NCBI GenBank assembly: GCA_000697335.1
Contig: JNEM01009172.1
Span: 1-37,646, forward strand
Direction of reading: 5' to 3'
Length of the DNA stretch: 37,646 nucleotides
Source of the DNA: Conidiobolus incongruus B7586
Taxonomy: Eukaryota
Positions 24,250-37,646 of the stretch are shown here, in pieces (within the stretch, counting starts at the first letter, position 1; every line of letters starts with the position of its first letter). The position numbers were made by a program, and so were the translations under genes. Below the pieces are notes generated by a model, which saw only the letters and a program-made list of their open reading frames with translations, had not been told where the DNA came from and did not search any database.

Positions 24250-27200
24250 TTTTCCCAATAAATTCAAATTTTTTTAAATACTAAACTAAAAATAAAAAAA
24301 TAAACTATCATTATATTATATTTATAATGAGAGAAATTAAAAATGTTTCTTATTTCATTGTATTTCAATATAATACACAACTCACTAATCAAAATTCATC
24401 AAGAATTCATTTCATACTATGAATAATTTCAAAATGAACGGAGTTATTAACGAATGAAAATTATCTAACCAACATTATCAAAAATCAATACTTCCATCTT
24501 CAACATTGACTTGATTGATTAGAATTTCCTTAATATAGATCGCCAATTTATCTTAATCCAATTTTCAAATTGAAACTTATATCATTTGTAAAAATTATAG
24601 TTATTGAAATTTTATTATGTTTTTAGAATAATTTTATTTTGAGTTTTATTATTAAAAAAATTTTGAATTAAAATTAACTTTTTATATTTTATAAAAAAAA
24701 TAATCTTAAAATCAAATATTCATTTTTAAATTTGATTTCTTTGAATAATTTTGCTTTTTAAAGATAAAGTAATCATAATTTGGAAAAAAAAATTTAAAAT
24801 AGTTAATTTAAAATTTTATTAATTTGATCTATTTTTCCTAATATATAGGACTTCGTAAAAAGTGATCTGTAATAAGCATTATATAGAAATTTGATTATTA
24901 GATTCTCGAAATAGGTTAAGACTAAATAATATTTTTAAACTCAAATATAAAATACCAATGTCAATCGATTATTTATCATCATGATATCAATATATATTTA
25001 GTTTATGATAGGGAATAATCTTGTCCATCAGTCAAGAAATTCCGATTACCACACTGATTCAATAAGTCATATTGAAGGTACCTTATTTCATGAATTGGTT
25101 GAACCTATCATTTAATAAACTCATCTTTCTATATTCATCTCCAAAGTATCCAGCCTCTAGATTTTTCTCGTAACACTCACAAAAGCATTGAGTCATGACG
25201 AGCATGAGATATTTACTTTATTCGAAGAACCCGATTGGCAGTAAGCCATTTTCACCTCATTTGGTGAACCCCATTAATTTCCCTTAATTTTGTGATAACC
25301 TATTGTTTACCACTGGTGATTCCCCTTTTAAGCTCTAAAAATCTATTTCCTCCTACAATTACGGTTGTCATTTATATGTTGAGATATATCTATTGTTCCT
25401 TTTTACTATATTTTAAAAAATTAAGAGGTTAATGACAATATTAATTTTCATGGAATTTTATGACCAGCTTAGCATTGATTATATTTTTGAATATGATCAA
25501 GGAAATCAAAATACATGAAGTACAAGATTTTATATCTTTAATTTTGGTTTAGGATGAAAGTAATTAAAACTTGTGACTATTATAAAAGAAATGATATATA
25601 CGTAATTATTTTTATATCTAGCAATGCAAATCTAAATATAACATCTTTATAAATACTATTGTCATTATGTTAACTATAATTAAACAAATCACCTATTTTC
25701 TTATCCATTATTCATAATATCATTGAAATAAAATATCATAATAGTTTGGCCAATATTGTTAAATACAAATTACCAAGCGTTATAATAATAGATAAAATAT
25801 ATGAAAGGTTAGGTTAATAGAGCATATATCGTATATCTTTTACCAATCATATATAAAAAAATTGAATCGTTATTTTATTACTCTATTATAAAATAATCTT
25901 TGAAAATTTCAATCATAACAGAAATATTTTTCCTAATATTACTTCAAAAAATTATAAGAAATTACTATGTACTATTAAGTATTGAAGAACCTTCTAATCG
26001 TAGTTTTGTTAATGGTTATAATAATTATTATATAAGTTGTATTTAATATATTAAAATACCCTTAATTTGGATGATATTTGGAAGACAAATCTGTTACGAA
26101 CCGTTACTGTGATGATCTTTATTCATTTTGTTTTATTTTCAGTTTCATATTTAAAATAGTAGGAATTTTTAGTTAAAATTGTAATTATTTATATTTTTAT
26201 CAAATCAAATTCATAATCAGGATATTAAAGGCTTAAACATTGTTGAATTTATATTATCAATATTCAACTTTAAGTTTTCATTTAAATAAAATAATCAAAG
26301 ATAGAATTTTGTTTATAGTTTTCGGTTTAACGCTAAATTTTTTTAAAACTAATGAGAGTTTACATCCAAAATATATTATATCATCTTATTTTATATGCCA
26401 ATATGCTATGAATACAATTGCTTTTTATATTAAAAGAATATATTGTAGTTTAAAGGTTAAATTATAATCAATTTTATTTATTTTAAACTTGGTTCAACTT
26501 GAATTAAGTGAAAAAGAATTTTCAAATTCTAGAATATAACTCATTTTCAAACAATATTACGGTTTAAATTTAATTATACAAGAATTTGGAAGTTGCATTC
26601 ATTTATAACAAATTATATTCTTTGAAGAAACTTGTGATTATTTGTTCTATTTTTCATAACTTGACAATTATTTTTATACTCAGGTAATATGCATGTAAAA
26701 TTCATTTAATATTAGATTTTAGCCAAAATTTTTTTATTTGACTAATACAAAACAAATTTAGTTTCAAATGAATTAGATTATAAGAAATTATAATTTTGAT
26801 TGAAGGCGAATTTATTTTATGGGTATAAAATGTTATATATTAAAGTGTGTTTATTATTTCATCCGATAATATTATCATAAAACTTTATAATTTTTCATAA
26901 ATATATATATATATATAATTTAAAGTAATATCAACTGATATTTTTGTGTTTAGAGAATTAAGTAGCTAAATATAATGCATTGAAACAATTTGATTGGTTA
27001 AATTCAATGCTTTTAATTAAAATTAAATTGAAACTGTAGTTCATGTATGCTAACATAAATATTGATAATTTTATTTTTGCATTGACTGTATGTAAATATT
27101 CCAGATATTTTATTTTTTGACTATTAACATCTACCTTTCTTCCTTTTTTTAACTTGCTTATGAAAAATTTTTATAATCCCAAGGAACTATTTTTTTAAAA

Positions 27201-27369
27201 CGATTAATTGTGAAAATACGAATTCATCAAGTGGATCTTAATATTATCACGTTTTTTAAACCTTTTATTCTTTATTTACTTAACAATATTCTATTTCAAT
27301 TATAAATAACTCATATTTAAGCTCATTTCAAGTATAATTTAGTTAAATACATTCGGTTTTCAAAATAGT

Positions 27370-30300
27370 ATGAGTTATCCTTTTTTCACTGGCAAACCTG
27401 TATCTTTAAAAGATCCTATAGAAAACACTGATAATCTCAACCAAAATAATTCTTCCAATTCTCATGAATTCAACCAAATAGGCATAACCAATAACCCTGA
27501 AAATACCAACTCGAAATCCGAATCCAACTCTAATTCCAATAATACTAATAACAATAATAATGATAATAGTAACAATAGTAGTAACTTTGGTTATCAATCG
27601 GTTCAATATATTAATCCAAACAACAACTCTACCAAAAGTAATGTTAGTCCAATCAATTCTACTGCAATCTCCAGGAATAAGAGTCAGAAAGCTAGACTAG
27701 AAAACGTTCACTATCAAAACTTTTTATCTGATTGGGTAAGTATATATTCAATTTTTAATTGATATTTAAAATGTTATATGGCTTATCAAAACCACAATTT
27801 TCATTTATATATTCCAAAATTTCATCATTGAACGATTTGGTAATCATGCTCTTTATCTAAAATGCCAATTACTTATATATAATATAAATCAATATACTAT
27901 TCTCTTTAAATTTCGACAATTAACTTCTTTGACTTATATTAACATTTTAGAAACGTTCACAACCTGATAATTGCTGTGTATGCTTGGACAGTTTACCTGG
28001 AGTTAATAACGATTTGGTCTTTTGTGCCCATCCTGAATGTGATGTTTGTGTTCATCAAGGTTTGTGAATTTCATTCACGTAAAACAGTCCCAGACCTAAT
28101 CATTCTTTATATAATTGCTCTAGAATGTTACGGTATTTTGGAAGTTCCTAGCGCTAATGAATTATGGTACTGTGATAAATGCCAACATCCTGATAGAGAA
28201 AAATTAGTAATTTGATAGTTTTCTTAAGTGTGTTGATTAGTTTTTACTAATTAAATCCCTTTTTAGTGTTGTAAACTATGCCCTCAAAAAGGTGGTGCTT
28301 TAAAGCCTATTAGAGATATGAGCTGCTGGGTTCATGTTGTATGTGCTCTTTGGTGGCCCCAAGTCCAAATCAATGATGACCGAGGCATTTTAGAAATTGT
28401 CAATGTTGATAATATTCCAAGAGAGGCATTTCAAAGAGTATTACATAAATATTTTTCTTTTATTCTCCTTATTAAGTTTATTATTTTTCTAGGTTTGTTA
28501 CTTATGTGAAAATGCTCAAGACTCTCATTACGGAGCCAGTGTGGTAATTAATTTTCTTTTAATCTTATTAGAGCTTGATTATGTATTAAAATTCAATATT
28601 ACTCTAGGTTTGCCAAGCTCCCAAATGCGCTAAAACAATGCATATCACTTGTGCTCAGCGTTGGGATCTTCTTGAAGAATGTACAGATATGACACAATTA
28701 GCTCCAGATCAAGAACCATACTATATATACTGTAAAGATCATGGATTTAGGGATACACCTAAAGTAAGCCACATTTTCTATTTTATTCTTAACAATTATT
28801 AATCAATATTAAAAAGATTAATCCGTGGGCAGAATGGTCATACAAAAAAACTGTCTATTATGAGAATATGTGGTGAGTGATGTCTTATTAATTTTTCATT
28901 CAATTTCCAATTAATTTCTGTTGTATTATAGTAAAACTGAAATGGAGTATGCACCATCTGTAAACACGACTGAAACTAGTTTCAATCCTCCCACTTTTCC
29001 GAGAAGACATAGTATTCAATTTAATGGAATTATGTTACCTCCAATTTCCTCTATTACGCCATTAGAACCTGTGGCTGAAGCTGGCAATACGCCTGATCTT
29101 AAAGTAAATTTCAAACCAAATATCACTTGATTTAAATTTAATTTGATTATATAGAATGAATCGCTCCCTCCTCCTAATGTCAATTCATTTTCTGAGCTTC
29201 CTGGTTTTGTTAAAAATATCAATACTCTATACTCTTTATATGACCAAGGTAATACTTCTTATGTCCAAGTATTACTAATTTGTAATTAATCTAAATGTTT
29301 AGATCGCTCTGATTTTATTCAACAATGTGATTTGATCAAAAACACCAACAACACACATATTAACCGTGCCTCAAGTCAACTTTATAATCTTTCGAATCGA
29401 GTATCTCAAATTCAGCATCACCAAAGTGTTTTAGAACAAACAAATAGAAATTTGAGAATGGAAGTCAATGAACTCAAATATGCTTTGCTTAACCTCTGTA
29501 GCTTGAAAAGTTTGAGATTGATTCAAAAAATTATTGGCCGTCCAAAAGATGGTTTGGAATTTTATCCTCATCAAGATCGCTTATTAGACTACTTCCTTCA
29601 AGTGGGTCGTCACGTCTTAGAATCATCCTCTGAAGAAGCATCTAATAATCCTTCCCAACCTGTATCCTGTATATGTGGCATATGTAGCGTCATTGTCGAC
29701 TTTAGCACGTTATGTATCACATGCCAAAGCTGTGGAAGTTGGTACCACATAAATTGTATTCCTGCTCCTGGTCGACCAAGAGACTGTACAGCTCTTTGGA
29801 CTTGTGCTCCCTGTCTTCGAGTTGAACCATCTCCTCCTGCCCCTCAACCAATATCATTATCAGGTATATACAATTTCATTTTTTTCAATTTTTAATATTA
29901 ACACCATTTAGGAACTAATGAAATACCATCAGATCATTCGCCTCAGTTAACTATGAATGCATCACCAAATCAACACCATTTATCCCAACAGGTGCATCAA
30001 AAACATCATCAAATGAATAAGAACATAAATGCCAAACAACCACCTAAACCAAATAGTAAACTACAAGGTGTAAATAACAATGGAAATACGCTACAATTCA
30101 AACAAGAGCATCCCTCATCAAGTAAAACTCAAACTTATCCTGTTCAATCTGAAGGATGGCCAATTGCGGATTCAGATGTAGATACTGCAGGAAACCCTCA
30201 AACTATTAAGCCATATAAACAAGCTCCTAGATTCGAGGGTGATTTGTAAGTCAAATAATGATAAATATATGAAATAATATAACTTAGAAAAACATTTAGG

Positions 30301-30615
30301 TATACACCTGTTTGGGTGAGGGGTTTAGGTAAATCTAAAGAAGGATTATGCCCGCATTGCACAGATCGTCCTGTTTGGTTAAAAATCAAAATATCGGCTT
30401 ATTGGTATCACTTAAACTATAACCATGGCATTTCATCAATTACTGGAGCCAAATTTGCTCCACCTTTAGAATATCGTATTAATCCCAATACTGAAATTCG
30501 AGAAGCACTTTGTCACAAATGTCATAACTGGATACCCAGCGAAAGTGCAAGAAATAAGCCAGTAAATGTTGAAGAGATCTACTGGTGGAAACACGCTCAA
30601 AAATGTCATAACTGA
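27370..30615 (+). CDS. Chromatin reader/transcription regulator, about 822 aa: PZP (PHD + extended PHD, AF10/BRPF/JADE type), coiled coil, PHD finger, C-terminal Rua1_C/DUF4451-like domain; 12 exons
   Basis: Exons 27370-27735, 27951-28059, 28124-28206, 28267-28437, 28493-28543, 28608-28763, 28817-28872, 28932-29103, 29155-29248, 29303-29863, 29912-30245 and 30300-30615, all GT-AG, total 2469 nt in frame. Motifs: CCVC..VFC..C.VCVHQECYG..WYCDKC, CKLCPQKGGALK..WVHVVCALW, MHITCAQ..YCKDH, CICGIC..CQSCGSWYHINC..WTCAPC, PRFEGDLYTPVWVRG..KEGLCPHC..SAYWYHLNYNHGISSITG. Confidence 0.88.
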
Positions 30616-31349
30616 AGGATTAACGTAGAATTATTTATGTTCATATTATTTTTCAAGACATTAACTTTATGTAGATGAACTTCATTTTAAAACCCTTTTC
30701 GATTCAATTCGATTAATTTTATAGTTTATTTTAATGTTTAATGATTTTTTAATATAGACTTTCAATTGTTTATTCACCTTATATTAAAATTCTCGTCATT
30801 TTTAATATTGAAATATAATATAATCATATATCACCATATATGTTTTATTTTTAATTTATCAATCATTTATTTATTTAAATTTTATATGTAATATATATAA
30901 TGTTACCAAAAATCTCTGTGATACAAACGTCTAATTTTAAATAATATTACCACCAATTTGAAAAAGATATCAATAGGAAGGTATATTGCTGTATTTAATA
31001 TGTTGTCAATATCGAATTATGTACCTTTATTTCAATTTCATCATTATTGATAATTTTAAACCTTCAATATTATTAATATGATTTTAATCGTGTTATTAGT
31101 ATTAATATCTGAAACAAATTTTTAAAACTATATTTCATCAACACAATTTACTGGCCAGATATTCAATTTACATTTCCTAATTATTTTTTAGTAATAAATT
31201 CTTTCAGGTTTACCCACAGTTGAAGGAATTTTATACTTTATATTTAATATTATTCTTCTTAAATTTTGGATTTCCATCAGTTTGGTTTTGACTTATTAAT
31301 ATCACATAAATATCTTGAATAATTGTGTGATTTAAAATAACACAAATTA

Positions 31350-32067
31350 TTAAATTATCAGTTAAAAAATGGCAAATTATTTAATTTCTAATTTTTCAAA
31401 TTTATTTGTTTTAAAAAACTACATACAAAATAGATTGGAGAATTAATATTTTCAAATTATATATACTAATTTTTTTATTGAAAAAATTTATAATTAAATT
31501 CAATTATGTTTAAATTAAATTAGAATATTATTAAGAGACTTACTTTAGTATCATTAAAACTCAACCACAAGTTCTCAGAAATCATTTAAGAACTATAAAC
31601 AACAAATAAAAATAATATTTTATATGAAATTATCATTTATTTTTTCATTTGTCACTTGTAATCTAGAAAGGATATAATTTAAAATTATATTAAAATTATT
31701 CAAAATTTATCTTTCAAATTTTGACTATTATTTTTCTAATAATTGATTTAAAAATAAATTCAAAAATACTTTTTTATTTTAGTTAAAGAATTATTAAAAT
31801 AATTTATTATTAATTATATAAATATATTATATATTAAAGCTCAAACTATGTTTGATTAATAGAAGTATATAGTAAATGGCTTATAATTCAATAAAAGCTT
31901 AGAAAAAAATTAAAATAAATATTTTTATAACAAAATATTATTATTATTATTATTAAATCTTAAATTATTTATATAATATTATATTTAAAATAAGATTAAA
32001 TATTATATTAAGTTAAAATAACTCTTTTTATATATTTTAATAAAAATATCATTTATTATTAAATATT
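31350..32067 (+). mobile_element. 5' half of a hypermutated mariner (copy F), interrupted by the Ty3/gypsy element
   Basis: TTAAAAAATGGCAAATTATTTAATTTCTAATTTTTCAAAT matches the reverse complement of the copy A right end. The interior follows copy B until TGTTAAGA at 32068. Confidence 0.65.
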
Positions 32068-32316
32068 TGTTAAGAGACTAGTTCTCTAAATTCTTATATA
32101 TACTTTCATATAATCCAATTAACTATAAATTATATGATTAATTTATACTTATATAGTTAAATTAATTATATAAATAGCATTAAATTATCTAATAAATTAA
32201 GTTTTTCTTTTTCTTCTTAATTCTTACTATTTTTTACTTTTACACTATTTCTAAAATTAAAACTATATTCTATTAATATTGTAGGATATTAACACTACCT
32301 AATATAAATCTTAATA
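32068..32316 (+). repeat. Putative 5' LTR (249 bp) of the Ty3/gypsy element, followed by a PBS-like site
   Basis: TGTTAAGA...TCTTAATA is an 8-bp inverted terminal pair with one C>T. TAGTGACTCATCC at 32320 would read TGGTGACTC after G>A reversal. Confidence 0.55.
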
Positions 32317-35300
32317 TATTAGTGACTCATCCTAGTTTAAAGTTTAATTAAACTTTGTTTACACTTATATACTACAACTACATTATATTACCACATTCTA
32401 CACACACTACTTTTATATTAAATTTTCCTCTATATTATATTAGTTTAACTACCACTATACTTATATAGTAACAGCAATAAAACTATTAAAAACCTACTAG
32501 AAATTAATAACTATCTGTATTAAACCTAATTATTACTATTTTAAATCTTATCAATAATTTATTTCATTTAAATTTAATACTATATACTATAATATTACTA
32601 AAAAAAGAGATACCTTTATATTATTTTAATGATAATAACAGCTTAATTATTAAGTGAATCTAAGACTTTAATTTTTAAAAGCTTACTACCCTTTAAAAAA
32701 CTTATATTAGACAACTTTTAATTAAAAAAACATGTTTTAAAGAGTTTAAATCTAACAAACTAGCTACTTTACTATAGTTAATATATTAAACTACTTCTTT
32801 AGTATTTTTAAAAACAAATTAACTACTTATAATAATTTTAAAAACCTCTACAAACTTAAAAACTACTTTAAAAATATAAAGAATTACTTTAATTTAATCC
32901 TAGATAAAAATTTAAAGAATATCTTTAAATTAGCTATTTTTTTTTGGAAAAATTTGTTTATACTTGGTAGTTAATTTATTATAAGTTTAATCCTAAAGAA
33001 TCTTCAGGAGGATAATTTACTACAAAAATATAAACTTTTAAACAATTAGAAAAAACCTTTAAAGAGAGGTATTACCTAAAAGATTAAGTTTGATTAACAA
33101 GAGAAAAGTTTTCTTAACTTAAATAAAAAACTTCTATAAGATAATTAATTGAGAAATTTAATGAGATATGTTTAAATATATTAAATATCACTGAAGAAGA
33201 ACAAATCTACAAACTATTACAATACCTTAACTTTTAAATAAAGCTCTAGTTAGTTAATAAAAAACACTTTAATAATATGTTTTTTTCTAATATTTATAAT
33301 GTAACAATTATAATTGATGATATCTTTTATTTTATAACTAAATCTTCCTACCCTAAAAATTAATCTTTTAAACTTTACTTTAACCTACTTAAGTTTCAAA
33401 TAATAAATATTTCTGCTTTAAAGCTTCATGAGAAAATTTTTAGTAAAGAAGTTAAAGCTTACTTGAGAACAAACAAAAACTATTATTACTGTTAAAAAAC
33501 TTAAGTTAACTATAAAGCTAACAAATACCTTTTAAAAAAGCAACATCTGTTTAATTTTTAATAATCCTAACTTACCAACCATAAATCAAACTTAAATAAT
33601 ATTAATATAACCTTAGAATTACCTTTTTTATAATTAATTAGCAGATTCTAATCTAATCCACAAAAATTCTAATAAACTACTGATTCTACAAATTAAACTA
33701 TTTATACTAGAGAAATCTAACTGATTAAACTATTAGAAACTAGAAATATTTTAGTAATTAATTTACCTTGTAATTTTTTACCTTTAACTATTATCTTATT
33801 GTTTGTATTAATTAATTCTTTTATAAACATACTTATTAGTGTTTTAATTAATTCTAGTTGTTTTAGTTATATTATCTCTTTTTTTATTATTGTAAAGTTA
33901 TTTTTACCTACTTAAAAAAGTAACTTGATAATTAAATATACTAATAACTTAATAGAACAAGTATCTGGTATTGTATTTAAATATTTATTATTACCCTTTA
34001 ACTACTTCTAATATATTAAATTCCTAGTTAGCAACATTAGTTATAATTTTATACTAGGTTAAAATTAGTTTGAATATTATAGTTTTATATCTATAAATAT
34101 TACCCTAGAAAGCTACAAATCTATTTTTTTTACATTCCAAAAGAAATTAGTAGAATTAATCTTAAAAAACTTACATTACCTTATTATAAAATTATTAAAT
34201 ATTATACCTAATACTAACTTTACAATTGTAGCAAATAATTTTATTATTATAAACAAAAACCAATGTAAAAAACTAATTAAAAACCTTAATAATTTATAAA
34301 GATATATATTTGTTTATTATTTATCTATTAGTATTTCATTTGTTAATTTTAATAAAGTTATACCTAATGACTACTTTTTATATAATACAACAAGTTAATT
34401 TGCTAATGTTTTTGAATTTATAAATAAATTACCTCTTAAATATAATATTAAGTATAAAATTAAACTACTCTTTAGTATACAACTATACTTAAAGTTTACT
34501 TACCATTTATCTCTTAAACAATATTAAACTTTAAAAGAAGAAATCTAAAAACTACTTAAAAATAGGTATATTAGACTTTTTTCCTCACTATAAAAATCTT
34601 TAATCTTCTTTATAAAAAAAGCTGATGGTGGTTAAAGATTATATATTAATAACTATGTTTTAAACTTTAAAATTATCAAGGATAAAACTTTATTACTAAA
34701 CCTATATAATATTAAAGATAAACTACTTAAATCAACTATATTTACTAAATTAAATGTTAGGAATAGATATTACAACATTAAAGTTGAAGAAAATTCTATC
34801 CCTTTAATTATTTTCAATACTCTTTTAAATCACTATGAATTTATTGTTATAAACTTTAAATTGTGTAATGCTTTTATAACTTTTATTTAATTCATCAATT
34901 CCCTTTTCAACTTTGTTTTTAATAACTTTGTTATTATTTACCTTGATAATATTTTAATCTATTTAAAAACTAAAGAAGAATATATTTAACATGTTAATTA
35001 AGTTTTATAAATTGTTCAAGAATATAAATTACCTTTAAAACTATCAAAATACATCTTTAGTACCTCTTCTGTTTTTTTCTATGGTTATATTGTTTCCTTT
35101 TAAAAAATTAGTATTGATTTAACTAAACTCAATAGTGTTAAAGCTTTTACTATATTTATAAACAAAGATTAACTTATGTTTGTACTTAGATTATTAAATT
35201 ACTTTAAAAATTTCATTAATTTTTTTGTTGAATTTACTACTTTTCTTATTAATCTTTTGAAGAAAAACTCTCTTTTTGAATAAACTTTACTATACACTTT

Positions 35301-37251
35301 TTGCATAAATACTTTAATTTTCTATATTACTAATGTTTTTGCTTTATCTATCTTTAATCTAAAATTACCTACTATTATTTTTATTAACTTTAGTTCTTTT
35401 GTAATTAATAAATAATTAACCTAGTTTGAATTTAATTTATATTTTACCCTATAACTATAGGATAAAATAATAAATAAAAGAGAACAGGTTGAGTTTAACC
35501 TTATGAATGTTACCTTAAAACTAATAACATTCTGGTTAAGAAAAATAAAACCAGCTGAATTAAAATACCTAGTTTATAAATAAAAACTCTTTACTTTAGT
35601 AGAAATAATTAAAAATCATTTACATTTTTTATCTTATAATTTTTTTTTAATACTTACAAATTATAAATCACTTATCTATTTAAATACTTAGAAGTATTTA
35701 TTAAGAAAATAAGTTAGATAGATTAAAACTATCTAAGCTTATTTTTTCTTTATTCAATATCTTTTAGGTTAATAAAATTATGTTGTAAATACTTTATTAA
35801 AAAATCTTATATACCTACCCTTTTATTCTAATTGTAAAAATCCAGCAAATATTAACTTAATGATTATTAATGAAAGAAATAAAGAATTTATTAAACTACT
35901 TTAAGAAATATTATTAAATAATAATTTTTTCATTTTAGTTAAAAAAGAACTCTTTAAACTATTAGAAAACCAATTAAAATATGTTAAAAGATTTAAAATT
36001 ATCAATAACTTACTATACTATGTTAATTGTTTATATATTCCTAACATTCCCAAGATTTAACAAATAATATTTGATAAATGCTATAACTTACCTATTAAAG
36101 AACATTAAAACTAGTTAAAAACTGCTGAGAGAATTAAAACAAGGTACTACTAACTTTCCCTAGTTAAATTAATTTAGAAATACACTAATACCTATAATAT
36201 ATGCTAAAGAACTAAATATAATACTCAACTAAAATATAGTAAACTTATTCCTTTATAAGTCCCTAATAAAATTTAACAACAAATCCAACTTGATTTTATA
36301 GAAATTTTTAAATCAACAAATAGTTATAATAGCTTACTAATTACAATTGATTTATTTTCTAAATATGTTTATTTTATTCCTTGTTTTAAAACTTCTACAA
36401 CTAAAGATATTGTATAATTGTTATTCTCTAATATTTTTACCTACTATAAAATTCCACAAACTATTATATTTGATAAAGATACACAATTTAACTTTTAATT
36501 CTAGAAGTTATTATCCTTTTCTTTTAAGATTAACCTAGCTATGTTTACTACCAATCATCACTAAATTAATAAACTTGTTAAAAAAACTATTAAAACCTTA
36601 AAGTAAATGATTAAAGCTTATATTAACACTATTCAGTTAAATTAAGATGCTTATATCTATTAACTCTAATATTTATTCAATACTTTTATTAATAAATCAA
36701 CAGGTTTTAACCCTTATTTCATCAATTATAACAAACATCTTAATTTAATAATTACTCTAAAACTTCAAATTAACTTATTTTTAAATATTGTTGAATTTTA
36801 ATCTAATATCAAACATATTAATTCCTTTGTTAAATTTAACTTAGAAGAAAATTAAAAGATTATAGAACAATAATACTTAAAGTTATTTAAAAACCCTTTT
36901 AAATATAAAACTAGTATATTTGTATACTTAGAACAATTTACCCTTAAACCTACCCTATTTAAATTTAGCTTAAATCTTAAATATTTACCATTATATTATA
37001 ATCCCTATAAAATTTAATTTACTGATTCAAATTTTAAAAATATTACCTTAGAATTACCTCTAACTTTGAGGATCAACTTTACCTTTTACATATCCAAAAT
37101 TAAACCATACTTTGAAGATTTTAACACTTTTCCTAATTGATTAAAAACCTTAAAACTAGATCTAATTATTAATTAAGATAGAGAAGAAAAATACTATGTT
37201 GATTATATAATTAAGTCTAAATTTATTAGGAATAAGTTTTATTTTTATATA
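32068..37251 (+). mobile_element. Hypermutated Ty3/gypsy (chromovirus-type) retrotransposon, 3' end disrupted
   Basis: Domain order PR (SVLINSSC about 33838, from LIDSG), RT (KKADGG*RLYIN about 34615; IIYLDNILIY about 34933), RNase H (ELKYLVYK*KL about 35558), integrase (IQLDFI, IDLFSKY, IIFDKDTQF, 36280-36590), then a chromodomain start (DREEKYYVDYII about 37177). Many in-frame stops. Confidence 0.92.
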
Positions 37252-37450
37252 TTACTCTGCATTTTTAATAATGGGAATTTTTTGTGATTAAAAATAAATA
37301 AATATTTGAATATATGATATATAAAAATAAATATATAAAATAAATTTAATAGTTTCTTTTATTATTAATAACTTTTTGCTATACTTTTAACAAACTTCTA
37401 ACACCTAAAAAACAGTTCTTTTTATTAAAGACTAAAATTTAATGTTTCAC
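37252..37450 (-). mobile_element. Terminal fragment of a mariner (copy E) inserted at a TA in the gypsy chromodomain
   Basis: TA|TTACTCTGCATTTTTAATAATGGGAATTTTTTGTGATTAAAAATAAATAA is the reverse complement of the copy B end (about 21717-21765). Similarity to the family continues to about 37450. Confidence 0.8.
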
Positions 37451-37640
37451 ATTCAAATTTTAAAAATATTACCTTAGAATTACCTCTAACTTTGAGGATC
37501 AACTTTACCTTTTACATATCCAAAATTAAACCATACTTTGAAGATTTTAACACTTTTCCTAATTGATTAAAAACCTTAAAACTAGATCTAATTATTAATT
37601 AAGATAGAGAAGAAAAATACTATGTTGATTATATAATTAA
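37451..37640 (+). repeat. 190-bp direct duplicate of 37025-37214
   Basis: ATTCAAATTTTAAAAATATTACC...GATTATATAATTAA occurs twice and looks identical by eye. Confidence 0.9.
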
Positions 37641-37646
37641 ACAATT

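Noticed and set aside
25020..26130. Possible further membrane-protein or receptor pseudogene on the minus strand
   Set aside because: Hydrophobic fragments such as ICSINLTFHIFYLLL are present, but I could not align them to either receptor subfamily.
27736..27950. Longer first intron (215 nt) hosting a snoRNA or micro-exon
   Set aside because: No C/D or H/ACA boxes recognised, no internal acceptor before the cryptic donor, and the frame is already continuous.
32640..37251. Alternative genetic code (TAA/TGA read as sense) to explain in-frame stops
   Set aside because: The stops replace both Trp and Gln and come with many missense transitions. Intact genes use TGG/CAA normally and end in TAA or TGA.
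1..37646. CRISPR array, tRNA or rRNA genes
   Set aside because: No regularly spaced repeat-spacer pattern, cloverleaf or rRNA motif seen. The context is eukaryotic.

Overview
Very AT-rich eukaryotic DNA with short (about 48-64 nt) GT-AG introns. It looks most like an early-diverging fungus such as a Conidiobolus-like entomophthoralean, but that is an inference. The window holds: (1) a 4-exon AAAP/Aa_trans amino-acid transporter; (2) a co-oriented minus-strand array of intronless class-A (rhodopsin-like) 7TM receptor genes, with two intact genes, one recently disabled copy and two decayed pseudogenes; (3) a 12-exon, about 822-aa gene joining an AF10-like PZP module, a coiled coil, a further PHD finger and a Rua1_C/DUF4451 domain; (4) five copies or fragments of a DD34D mariner family and a chromodomain Ty3/gypsy element, all heavily C>T/G>A mutated in a RIP-like way; (5) one PPT-preceded LTR and three GC-rich putative solo LTRs that largely escaped this mutation. 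The best candidates for new biology are the birth-and-death receptor array and its interplay with RIP-like defence, the AF10-like/Rua1_C fusion, and animal-type DD34D mariners in a probable fungus. All alignments and translations were done by eye.
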